From an uncultured Lachnospiraceae bacterium (GTDB taxonomy: Bacteria; Bacillota; Clostridia; Oscillospirales; CAG-272), in the NCBI GenBank assembly GCA_964623895.1, contig CAZUWA010000003.1, positions 1 through 59,475 of the forward strand: a DNA stretch of 59,475 bases. Direction: 5' to 3'. Of the stretch, positions 38,620 through 46,716 are shown piece by piece. Under the pieces are notes generated by a model, which had not been told where the DNA came from, made no database searches, and saw only the letters and a list, made by a program, of their open reading frames with translations. The position numbers and the translations under genes are program-made. Within the stretch, counting starts at the first letter, position 1. Each line of letters starts with the position of its first letter.

Positions 38620-38674
38620 GTCGGCGTTATAAACGATATCATACTGTCCGCACGGACAGAGACAGGAGCGATAT

Positions 38675-40468
38675 ATGGCAGAGTTTTTATCAAGCAATGA
38701 GAAGCGTACTCACTATTGCGGCGAGGTAACTGCGGCAGATGTCGGAAAAGAAGTATGTGTAATGGGTTGGTGCCAACGTCAAAGAGACCTTGGTGCGCTC
38801 ATTTTTATTGATCTGCGCGATCGTACCGGCATTCTTCAGCTTGCCTTCGACACCGAAAGCGACAAATCGATCTTTGACAAGGCGTTCGGTGTACGCGCAG
38901 AGTATGTCCTTGTTGCCAAAGGAAAAGTCAGAAAAAGAGGCGAGGGTGCTATCAATCCCCATCTTCCGACCGGCGAAATAGAAGTCTTCGTGAAGGAACT
39001 CAAGATTCTTTCCGCAGCACAGACACCTCCTTTTGAGGTTTCCGACAGCAAAAAGGTTAAGGACGAAACGGCGCTGAAATACAGATACCTCGACTTAAAA
39101 CGTCCGGAACTTCAGAGAAACATCAGAATGCGTCACGAGATCGCCAAAGTGGCAAGAGAATACTACTACGAGAACGGATTCTATGAGATTGAAACGCCGA
39201 TGATGATCAAATCAACTCCAGAAGGTGCAAGAGACTATCTCGTTCCTTCAAGAGTCCACCCCGGTTCATTTTATGCTCTTCCCCAGTCTCCGCAGATCTA
39301 CAAACAACTTCTGATGCTTGCCGGTTTCGACAGATACATTCAAATTGCAAGATGTTTCCGCGATGAAGATCTACGTGCAGACCGCCAGCCGGAATTCACA
39401 CAGATCGACCTTGAAATGTCCTTTGTGACACAAGAGGACATCATAGAGATCAACGAAGGATTCATCAAACGGGTATTCAAAGAAGTACTTGATGTGGACG
39501 TGCCCACTCCGATGCAGAGAATGACCTATTCCGACGCAATGAATCGTTACGGTTCGGACAAACCGGATACCAGATACGGTATGGAAATTGAAAACATTTC
39601 AGAAACGGTGAAAAACAGCAATTTCTCTGTCTTTTCTTCCGCACTTGAAGGGGATGGGATCGTTGCCGCCATTGTTGCAAAAAGTGCAGCCTCTTCCCTT
39701 TCGAGAAAAGAAATCGACAAACTGGCAGAACACGCAAAAGGTATCGGTGCAAAAGGTCTTGCATACATTCGTTGGCAAGAAGATCAGCCGAATTGCTCCT
39801 TTGCAAAGTTTCTTGCCGAGGGTGAACTGGATGCCATCGTTTCAAGACTCGGCATGACTAAGGGGGATGTCGCCCTCATTTGCGCAGACAAGAAGAAGGT
39901 AGTTCTGCCAACACTCGGAGCGCTGCGTACCTTGGTTGCAAAAAAACTGGACGTCATTCCGGAAGGTCAATTCAATTTTCTTTGGATCACCGAATTTCCC
40001 TTCTTTGAATGGAATGAAGATACCCAACATTGGGATGCCATGCACCACCCCTTTACCATGCCGTTAAGGGAATGTCTGCCGATGCTGGAAAGCGATCCCG
40101 GTTCCGTCCGAGCAGAATGCTACGACATGGTCTTGAACGGTACCGAACTGCTGTCCGGTTCGATCCGTATCACTGACTGGCAACTTCAGGAAAGGATGTT
40201 TAATCTTCTCGGGCTTTCGGAAGAGGATATCGAAAGGAAGTTCGGATTCCTTGTCGAAGCATACAAATACGGTGCCCCACCGCACGGCGGCTCCGGAATG
40301 GGGCTGGACAGACTTGCTATGGTGATGTGCGGAGCGGACAGCCTCAGAGATGTTCTTGCCTTCCCGAAGGTACAGAATGCGTCCGAATTGATGAGCCAGT
40401 GTCCCGCACCCGTGGATCCCGCAGACTTGTCGGTTTTGGGCATCGCCCTGACAGAAAAAGAAGATTGA
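38675..40468 (+). CDS. aspS: aspartate--tRNA ligase
   Basis: Class II motifs FRDEDLRADRQPEFTQID and GGSGMGLDRL, with an N-terminal OB anticodon-binding domain. Confidence 0.95.
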   Translation: MAEFLSSNEKRTHYCGEVTAADVGKEVCVMGWCQRQRDLGALIFIDLRDRTGILQLAFDTESDKSIFDKAFGVRAEYVLVAKGKVRKRGEGAINPHLPTGEIEVFVKELKILSAAQTPPFEVSDSKKVKDETALKYRYLDLKRPELQRNIRMRHEIAKVAREYYYENGFYEIETPMMIKSTPEGARDYLVPSRVHPGSFYALPQSPQIYKQLLMLAGFDRYIQIARCFRDEDLRADRQPEFTQIDLEMSFVTQEDIIEINEGFIKRVFKEVLDVDVPTPMQRMTYSDAMNRYGSDKPDTRYGMEIENISETVKNSNFSVFSSALEGDGIVAAIVAKSAASSLSRKEIDKLAEHAKGIGAKGLAYIRWQEDQPNCSFAKFLAEGELDAIVSRLGMTKGDVALICADKKKVVLPTLGALRTLVAKKLDVIPEGQFNFLWITEFPFFEWNEDTQHWDAMHHPFTMPLRECLPMLESDPGSVRAECYDMVLNGTELLSGSIRITDWQLQERMFNLLGLSEEDIERKFGFLVEAYKYGAPPHGGSGMGLDRLAMVMCGADSLRDVLAFPKVQNASELMSQCPAPVDPADLSVLGIALTEKED

Positions 40469-40476
40469 TTGAATTT

Positions 40477-40506
40477 TTAAGGCATCTGCGGTTGCAGATG
40501 CCTTAA
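40477..40506 (+). terminator. 13-bp hairpin after aspS (putative terminator; lacks a proper U-tract)
   Basis: TTAAGGCATCTGC-ggtt-GCAGATGCCTTAA. The flanks are ATTTTT upstream and AAGCAG downstream. Confidence 0.45.
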
Positions 40507-40561
40507 AAGCAGAAAAGATCAATTTTTCAGTAGTTTTCGCTATAAAAATCATGAATAAACT

Positions 40562-40591
40562 GTTGCTTTTTTTTTAGAAATATGCTACAAT
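40562..40591 (+). promoter_or_regulatory. promoter TTGCTT-18-TGcTACAAT for the surface protein gene
   Basis: Read directly, about 45 nt upstream of the ATG at 40638. Confidence 0.5.
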
Positions 40592-40637
40592 ACGCACAGA
40601 TCGAATGATCAATATATCATGAAAGTGAGAAACGATT

Positions 40638-41732
40638 ATGAAAAAGTTTATCGCAATTCTTTTGGTTGCCATAATGGCTATGAGCCTTTGTGCAATCAAC
40701 ACTTCTGCAACAGATAAAACCGTTGATGAAAACGGCAACTACATTGCCGCAAGTGTTACAAACTTCGGCTTTTCGAGTTTCGGTGACCTTAACAAGCCCG
40801 AAAACATCCTTGATGGTGATGAAAGCACCTGTACCGGTTCTAACTTTAGTGAAGGCACCGAGCAAGGCATTTACTTCAATCTGAAGAAGATTGGATACGT
40901 TGATAGGATCTTCATTCAGTGCAAAGAGGAAGGTACCACTACTCATGAAGATGGCACTACCCGAGGAACATACAGTATCTATGCAGTAAACGGTGAGAAG
41001 ACCGAATTAATTGCAGAAAATGTACCGGCAATTACCGGTACAAACGGCGGTTATACTGTGAAACTCGATAAGGCTGTAAAGGCTGAGTCCATTAAGGTTG
41101 TCATCACCTCTTGGCAGGGCAACTGTTGGGCTTGCGTAGCTGATATGACTGTTCACCACGCTGAAGGAACTGAACTCATTGATGTTATTGTTGATGAAAA
41201 CGGAAACTATATTCCAGAAAGTGTTACAAACTTCGGCTTTTCTGACTTTGGAAATATCAATAAACCCGAAAACATTCTTGATGGTGATGAAAAAACTTGT
41301 ACGGGTTCCGGTTTTAATGAAGATGCCGAACAAGGTATTTACTTCAATCTAAAAAAAGCCGGATATGTTGACACCATCTTCATTCAGTGCAAAGAGGAAG
41401 GTACCACTACTCATGAAGATGGCACTACCCGAGGAACATACAGTATCTATGCAGTAAACGGTGAGAAGACCGAATTAATTGCAGAAAATGTACCGGCAAT
41501 TACCGGTACAAACGGCGGTTATACTGTGAAACTCGGTAAGGCTGTAAAGGCTGAGTCCATTAAAGTTGTCATCACCTCTTGGCAGGGCGATTGTTGGGCT
41601 TGTATCGCCGATATGACCGTTCACCAAGGAGAGGAACCTGTTAACACGGGTGATGCTACTGTGATGATCGCTGTGGTTGCGGTAGTTGCACTCTTCGGCA
41701 CCGCTGTCATCGTAAAGAAAGTTCACGACTGA
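40638..41732 (+). CDS. secreted cell-surface protein with two tandem ~156-aa discoidin/F5-8 type C-like (galactose-binding-like) domains and a C-terminal anchor
   Basis: A signal peptide (MKKFIAILLVAIMAMSLCA) precedes two copies of VDENGNYI..VTNFGFS..NKPENILDGDE.TCTGS. The C-terminus has VNTGD, a hydrophobic helix and a KKVHD tail. Confidence 0.75.
   Translation: MKKFIAILLVAIMAMSLCAINTSATDKTVDENGNYIAASVTNFGFSSFGDLNKPENILDGDESTCTGSNFSEGTEQGIYFNLKKIGYVDRIFIQCKEEGTTTHEDGTTRGTYSIYAVNGEKTELIAENVPAITGTNGGYTVKLDKAVKAESIKVVITSWQGNCWACVADMTVHHAEGTELIDVIVDENGNYIPESVTNFGFSDFGNINKPENILDGDEKTCTGSGFNEDAEQGIYFNLKKAGYVDTIFIQCKEEGTTTHEDGTTRGTYSIYAVNGEKTELIAENVPAITGTNGGYTVKLGKAVKAESIKVVITSWQGDCWACIADMTVHQGEEPVNTGDATVMIAVVAVVALFGTAVIVKKVHD
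40722..41625 (+). repeat. intragenic tandem duplication, 2 x 468 nt, in frame
   Basis: Unit 1 starts at 40722 and unit 2 at 41190. Positions 40908-41067 are identical to 41376-41535 (160/160), whereas the 5' third of each unit is clearly diverged. Confidence 0.9.
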
Positions 41733-41742
41733 TATTTAAAAA

Positions 41743-41774
41743 ATACTACTCCCATCATTGGGAGTAGTATTTTT
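41743..41774 (+). terminator. intrinsic terminator after the surface protein gene
   Basis: ATACTACTCCCA-tcat-TGGGAGTAGTAT followed by TTTT. Confidence 0.85.
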
Positions 41775-41806
41775 GCAAATTTTAACTATTTTTTTCAATT
41801 TATGTA

Positions 41807-41835
41807 TTGCAAAAATCAAAAAAATGTTATACAAT
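41807..41835 (+). promoter_or_regulatory. promoter TTGCAA-17-TACAAT upstream of upp
   Basis: Read directly, 35 nt upstream of the upp start. Confidence 0.55.
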
Positions 41836-41870
41836 TGGAAAGATAAAAATTAAAAACAAGGAGAATGAAA

Positions 41871-42500
41871 ATGAGTACACTGCACGTCATTGATCATCCA
41901 CTCATCCAGCACAAATTGACAATCATGAGAAAGAAGGAAACCAGCACAAAGGATTTCCGCGAATTATTGGAAGAGATTTCCTGTCTCATGGGTTATGAGA
42001 TCACAAGAGACCTGCCGCTCGATGATGTTGAGATCGAGACACCTCTTCAAAAGATGGTTGCCAAGGAGGTTTCCGGCAAAAAACTCGCCATCGTACCCAT
42101 TTTGCGTGCGGGTCTTGGCATGGTAGACGGACTTCGTTCCCTTGTTCCTGTTGCAAGAGTCGGTCACATCGGTCTTTACAGAGACCCGGAAACACATCTG
42201 CCTATTGAATACTACTGCAAACTTCCGGCTGATATCGAAAACCGTATCGTCATCGTTGCAGATCCGATGCTGGCTACCGGCGGTTCTGCTTCCGGTGCGC
42301 TTACCATGCTCAAGAAAAGAGGTTGCAAGACAATGAAATTGATGTGTCTCGTTGCCGCTCCCGAAGGCATCAAAAAGGTACAGGAAGATCACCCGGATGT
42401 TGATATCTATGTTGCTGCAGTTGATGAGTGTCTCAATGATCATGCATACATTATTCCCGGTCTGGGTGACGCAGGCGACCGGATCTTCGGTACAAAATAA
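41871..42500 (+). CDS. upp: uracil phosphoribosyltransferase
   Basis: Contains the PRPP-binding motif [11 protein letters not shown] and [12 protein letters not shown] prefer the second ATG (41871) because the first abuts the GGAGA. Confidence 0.95.
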   Translation: MSTLHVIDHPLIQHKLTIMRKKETSTKDFRELLEEISCLMGYEITRDLPLDDVEIETPLQKMVAKEVSGKKLAIVPILRAGLGMVDGLRSLVPVARVGHIGLYRDPETHLPIEYYCKLPADIENRIVIVADPMLATGGSASGALTMLKKRGCKTMKLMCLVAAPEGIKKVQEDHPDVDIYVAAVDECLNDHAYIIPGLGDAGDRIFGTK

Positions 42501-42507
42501 TTAAAAT

Positions 42508-42536
42508 AAGAACCTTTCCGCTGTGGAAAGGTTCTT
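42508..42536. terminator. bidirectional terminator shared by upp (+) and the radical SAM gene (-)
   Basis: AAGAACCTTTCC-gctgt-GGAAAGGTTCTT with T-rich sequence on both sides. It overlaps the stop codon of the minus-strand gene. Confidence 0.8.
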
Positions 42537-43380
42537 ATTTTTTATCAAAACGTGTTGCATATCCGCAGGTTTTGCATAACGGATGGAAAAGCCTGTTTTT
42601 TAAGAAACCCTCTTTCATGCGAACCGCCATGTCCGAGGAAAGAATTTCCTCCGGTTCTGCCGTAAAAAGATTACCGAGAGGAATGCACCCTTCCCCATCA
42701 AGACAACACGGAACGACCGTTCCATCGACAAGCACCGCGATATGATCAATCAATGCTCTACATCTTCCGCAGGCGCGGATCTGATCTGCATTGATGTTTG
42801 GCCAAACAAATCGTTCATCATATTCCAAAAAGAGTTTTTCTTTAACCGTATATCCACGCCCGTTTTTTGACCAAAAGCCTGGAATTTTCTCTTTGATCAG
42901 CGAAAAAACAACACCATTTTCGCTGTTTTCACCCGCTTCCATGCCATCAAGATTCCAAAGACGCAAAACAGTGATAATGGACTTTTCAGAGGATCGTACG
43001 GCGAAATCAATGCAATCGGAATAGTATTCCTCACGAAACTGTGGATTTGCCTGCTTACTGTGAAGAGAGATGTTGACTTTGTAGAGCGAAGAATGCTTAA
43101 ATAAAACTGCTTCACACTTTTTTAAAAGTGTACCGTTGGTCGTTAGGATCACCTTATAGCCAAGGGAATCACAGATCGACAGAATTTCGTCAAGTTGCGG
43201 ATGCGTTGTTGGCTCACCCAATACATGGAGACATAGGTAATCGGTGTAGGGACGCAGTTTCTTTGAAAGTAAAGAGAATTCTTCAGGGCTCATTCTCCGT
43301 GCACTTCGTCCGCATCCCGGACAAAAGGAGCAGGAAAGATTGCAAATGTTGGTGATCTCTATGTAGATGCGTTTAAACAT
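42535..43380 (-). CDS. radical SAM protein with C-terminal SPASM/twitch-type auxiliary Cys cluster
   Basis: Contains CNLSCSFC (CxxxCxxC) at aa 13-20 and C-terminal cysteines CGRC...PCCLDGEGC...CKTCG. The start is set at MFKRIYIE (43380), which overlaps the MATE gene by 22 nt. The SD is weak. Confidence 0.75.
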   Translation of the reverse strand: MFKRIYIEITNICNLSCSFCPGCGRSARRMSPEEFSLLSKKLRPYTDYLCLHVLGEPTTHPQLDEILSICDSLGYKVILTTNGTLLKKCEAVLFKHSSLYKVNISLHSKQANPQFREEYYSDCIDFAVRSSEKSIITVLRLWNLDGMEAGENSENGVVFSLIKEKIPGFWSKNGRGYTVKEKLFLEYDERFVWPNINADQIRACGRCRALIDHIAVLVDGTVVPCCLDGEGCIPLGNLFTAEPEEILSSDMAVRMKEGFLKNRLFHPLCKTCGYATRFDKK

Positions 43381-44801
43381 AATTCTTCGATTTGTTCGCG
43401 TTGATGCTGACGAAGTAGCTTTTTCTTCAGTACAAGGAAATAGATAAACTGTGCAATAATGGTAACTACCCAAGAAATCGGATAGGAATAAAAGAGAACA
43501 TCCAGTTCATGGAACTGCCTAAATACAGTATAGATCCACAGAATGCGTAATCCGCAAACACCGGTTAAACAGATCAACGTTGGACCAAGCGATGCCCCCA
43601 TACCACGCAAACTACCACTGAAAACGTCCATGATACCGCAGGTAAAGTAACTCAATGCAATGATCGTTAAACGGATCATGCCGTATTTTATGGCTTCATT
43701 GGCATTTTCACCGTTTGAGGTATTGATGTATAATTTCAGAAGCTGCTCGCCGAACAGTGTGGCAAGGCATCCCATTGATAACCCAACAGCGGTAACCATT
43801 GCTACACATGTGCCTGTGATTTTTCCTATTTTTTGAGGCTTTCCTGCCCCGATATTCTGACCAATAAAAGAAAGCGCAGAATGGTGGAAGGCATTCATAG
43901 CCGTATAAATAAAACCTTCTATACTACCTGAAGCCACACTTCCGGTAACAACCGCTGTAATTTTAAAGGAATTCACCGCAGACTGAATAATAATGTTTGA
44001 AATAGAAAAAAGTGAGCCTTGAAGTCCTGCAGGTACGCCAATCTTAATGAGTTCCCAGAGACGTTTCGGATAAATGCGAAGCTTAGATAGTTCCAATTTA
44101 TACGCACCGTTTGCTTTTTTGCAAAGATACCAAATCACCAAGCCTGCCGCAACAAACTGGGAAACAGAAGAGGCAAAAGCAACGCCATCGACACTTCTAT
44201 GAAAGCAGATGACAGTCACCAAATTAAGCAAAACATTCACCACACCCGAAATGGTCAAAAAAATCAGCGGATGTGTGGTATCCCCCGCTGCTCGCAGGAT
44301 CGCTGCACCAAAGTTATAAACAAGCGTTGCCGGAATACCGACAAAATAGATCCGCAGATAGAGAGTCGATAGATCAATCACTTCTTCCAGTGTTCCCATC
44401 CAAGTCAAAAACTGTCTTGCACCGACAAAGCCAATAATAAAGCAGATCACACCGCCAATAAGTGAAAGAAAAATAGACGTATGAACGGTTTCATGGGTCT
44501 TTTGTCTGTCTCCCGCACCTATATATCGTGCAGTAAAAACAGAAGTTCCGACAGAAAGACCGATAAACATATTAATGATCAAATTGATGAGCGGACCAGT
44601 GCCGCCGATGGCAGCAAGTCCCTGATCTCCATTTTCGGCAAGTCGTCCTACTACAATAAGATCTGCTGTATTAAAAGAAAGCTGCAATACGCCTGTCAAA
44701 ATCAAAGGGATGGAATAACTAAGCAATTTGGGAATCAAATTACCGGTCGTCAGGTCATGGCTGTCCGAAGAATGTAACATTCTGCGTTTGGATAAATTCA
44801 A
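43359..44801 (-). CDS. MATE-family efflux transporter
   Basis: A ~480-aa protein with 12 hydrophobic helices, and an N-terminus (GNLIPKLLSYSIPLILTGVLQ) typical of the NorM/MATE family. A TTG start lies 7 nt after GGAAGG. Confidence 0.8.
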   Translation of the reverse strand: MNLSKRRMLHSSDSHDLTTGNLIPKLLSYSIPLILTGVLQLSFNTADLIVVGRLAENGDQGLAAIGGTGPLINLIINMFIGLSVGTSVFTARYIGAGDRQKTHETVHTSIFLSLIGGVICFIIGFVGARQFLTWMGTLEEVIDLSTLYLRIYFVGIPATLVYNFGAAILRAAGDTTHPLIFLTISGVVNVLLNLVTVICFHRSVDGVAFASSVSQFVAAGLVIWYLCKKANGAYKLELSKLRIYPKRLWELIKIGVPAGLQGSLFSISNIIIQSAVNSFKITAVVTGSVASGSIEGFIYTAMNAFHHSALSFIGQNIGAGKPQKIGKITGTCVAMVTAVGLSMGCLATLFGEQLLKLYINTSNGENANEAIKYGMIRLTIIALSYFTCGIMDVFSGSLRGMGASLGPTLICLTGVCGLRILWIYTVFRQFHELDVLFYSYPISWVVTIIAQFIYFLVLKKKLLRQHQREQIEELCLNAST

Positions 44802-44816
44802 GATATCGCCTTCCTT

Positions 44817-45536
44817 TTAGTGTTTTGTTTGAATATGGTGGATATGTTCCAGCCTTTTTTCTTTGCTCGACTCTTGAAAAACAAAGAGCTGTCTGTAAAT
44901 CATGTCGATCTGCGCAGACGAGAGAGCGCCACGTGCATGGCTTTTTACCCTTTTTCTTAATTTAGAAATGGTAAAGATCTCCTGCGGACGTTCGCTTGCA
45001 AGAGGTGTATACAGCTTTGAACGTTTTCCGAAAACAACCATCGGGTATATTGGCAGATCATTTCCAATACATTTCACGAGCGCATTTTTATGTGCAGAAT
45101 TTTGCATAATTGGGTTAAAAAAACGTGATTTTCGAAGTCCTTTTTCAGTTAAAACAGTTTGAAACCACTCTTTTTGCAAGTCTTTTCCGTAAATTCGCCC
45201 GGTAAAATTTTTGCTTTCAAACAAAAAAATACCGCGGTCACATATAAATACAGCATCGATCTCCGTCCATTCGTGTTTAGTGGGAATATAAAGATTGAAT
45301 AGCCATTTTCCTTTGATACCTCGCAAGCGGTAGCACAGCAGATACTCGCCATAGCGACCTTTTCCGAAAATCAAATTACGAAAATTTATCTTTTTTGCCC
45401 TATAATAGGGAGAGCGCTTATAATACAACCATTCAAAAAAGACTTCAATCCTGCTTTTAAGCCGAACCACGATCCGTTGGCACGCTCTAAAAACAGGAAG
45501 AATGATCTTTTTGAACACTGCAAGGTCGCTTTTCAT
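44817..45536 (-). CDS. NERD (nuclease-related) domain protein
   Basis: Contains GEYLLCYRL...EIDAVFICDRGIFLFESKNF, which is a PD-(D/E)xK-like D...E-x-K arrangement characteristic of NERD domains. Confidence 0.7.
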   Translation of the reverse strand: MKSDLAVFKKIILPVFRACQRIVVRLKSRIEVFFEWLYYKRSPYYRAKKINFRNLIFGKGRYGEYLLCYRLRGIKGKWLFNLYIPTKHEWTEIDAVFICDRGIFLFESKNFTGRIYGKDLQKEWFQTVLTEKGLRKSRFFNPIMQNSAHKNALVKCIGNDLPIYPMVVFGKRSKLYTPLASERPQEIFTISKLRKRVKSHARGALSSAQIDMIYRQLFVFQESSKEKRLEHIHHIQTKH

Positions 45537-45563
45537 GAGGCACGCTTCCCTTCTTTACTGACA

Positions 45564-46706
45564 TTATTCTCCGTCCGGTAACCGTTCTCCGAGGATGACG
45601 CGATATTTTTTATAAAATTCTTCATATCGTCCCTCATCGAGCGCTTCTCTAATCTTCACCATCAGTTCATTGTAGAAATAAAGATTGTGAAGGACTGCCA
45701 GTCGCATACCAAGCATCTCTTTTGCTTTGAAAAGATGACGAATATAGGAACGACTGTAATATTTACACGCCGGACAGCCGCAGTCGGGATCAATGGGTTT
45801 GGGATCATCAAAGAACTGTTCATTCAGCAACGTCATTTTGCCTTTCCATGTAAAGACATTTCCGTGACGCGCATTTCTGCTGGGCATAACGCAATCAAAG
45901 AAATCAACACCGCGGTAAACTGCCTCAAGAATATTGACAGGCGTGCCAACGCCCATTAAATAACGTGGCTTGTCAGCAGGCATGTGCGGCTCAACGACCT
46001 CAATGGTATGATACATCTCTTCCGCAGACTCGCCGACAGCCAAACCGCCAATGGCATAGCCGTCACAGTCCAGTTCCGCAATACGCTTCATATGATCAAT
46101 ACGAAGATCCTCATAGGTGCTTCCCTGATTGATACCAAAGAGCAACTGATTCTTGTTAATGGTTTCGGGGAGACTATTGAGCCGCGCCATTTCAGCCTTA
46201 CAACGCCCAAGCCATCTGTAGGTTCGATCACACGACGCTTTTACGTAGCGGTATTCTGCAGGATTCTCGATACATTCATCAAATGCCATTGCAATCGTAG
46301 ACGCAAGGTGAGACTGGATCTGCATCGATTCTTCCGGTCCCATAAAGATACGTTTTCCATCGATATGCGACTGGAAATATACTCCTTCTTCTTTGATTTT
46401 CCGCAACTTTGCTAACGAAAAAACTTGAAAGCCGCCGGAATCAGTCAAAACCGGGCGGTCCCAATTAAAGAATTTGTGGATGCCGCCCATTTTGAAGATC
46501 AGATCATCTCCAGGACGAATGTGCAAATGGTAAGTATTAGACAGTTCCACCTGACAGCCGATCTCCTTTAGATCGTTTGTGGAAACACCGCCTCGAATCG
46601 CCGCACAAGTACCAACATTCATAAAGACCGGCGTCTGAATCGTTCCGTGAACCGTCTCCATCACACCCCTACGTGCGTTTCCTTCTCTTTTTAAAATCTT
46701 AAACAT
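45564..46706 (-). CDS. tgt: queuine tRNA-ribosyltransferase
   Basis: Contains LTDSGGFQV and the zinc site CGCPACKYYSRSYIRHL. Confidence 0.95.
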   Translation of the reverse strand: MFKILKREGNARRGVMETVHGTIQTPVFMNVGTCAAIRGGVSTNDLKEIGCQVELSNTYHLHIRPGDDLIFKMGGIHKFFNWDRPVLTDSGGFQVFSLAKLRKIKEEGVYFQSHIDGKRIFMGPEESMQIQSHLASTIAMAFDECIENPAEYRYVKASCDRTYRWLGRCKAEMARLNSLPETINKNQLLFGINQGSTYEDLRIDHMKRIAELDCDGYAIGGLAVGESAEEMYHTIEVVEPHMPADKPRYLMGVGTPVNILEAVYRGVDFFDCVMPSRNARHGNVFTWKGKMTLLNEQFFDDPKPIDPDCGCPACKYYSRSYIRHLFKAKEMLGMRLAVLHNLYFYNELMVKIREALDEGRYEEFYKKYRVILGERLPDGE

Positions 46707-46716
46707 ATATTACCTT

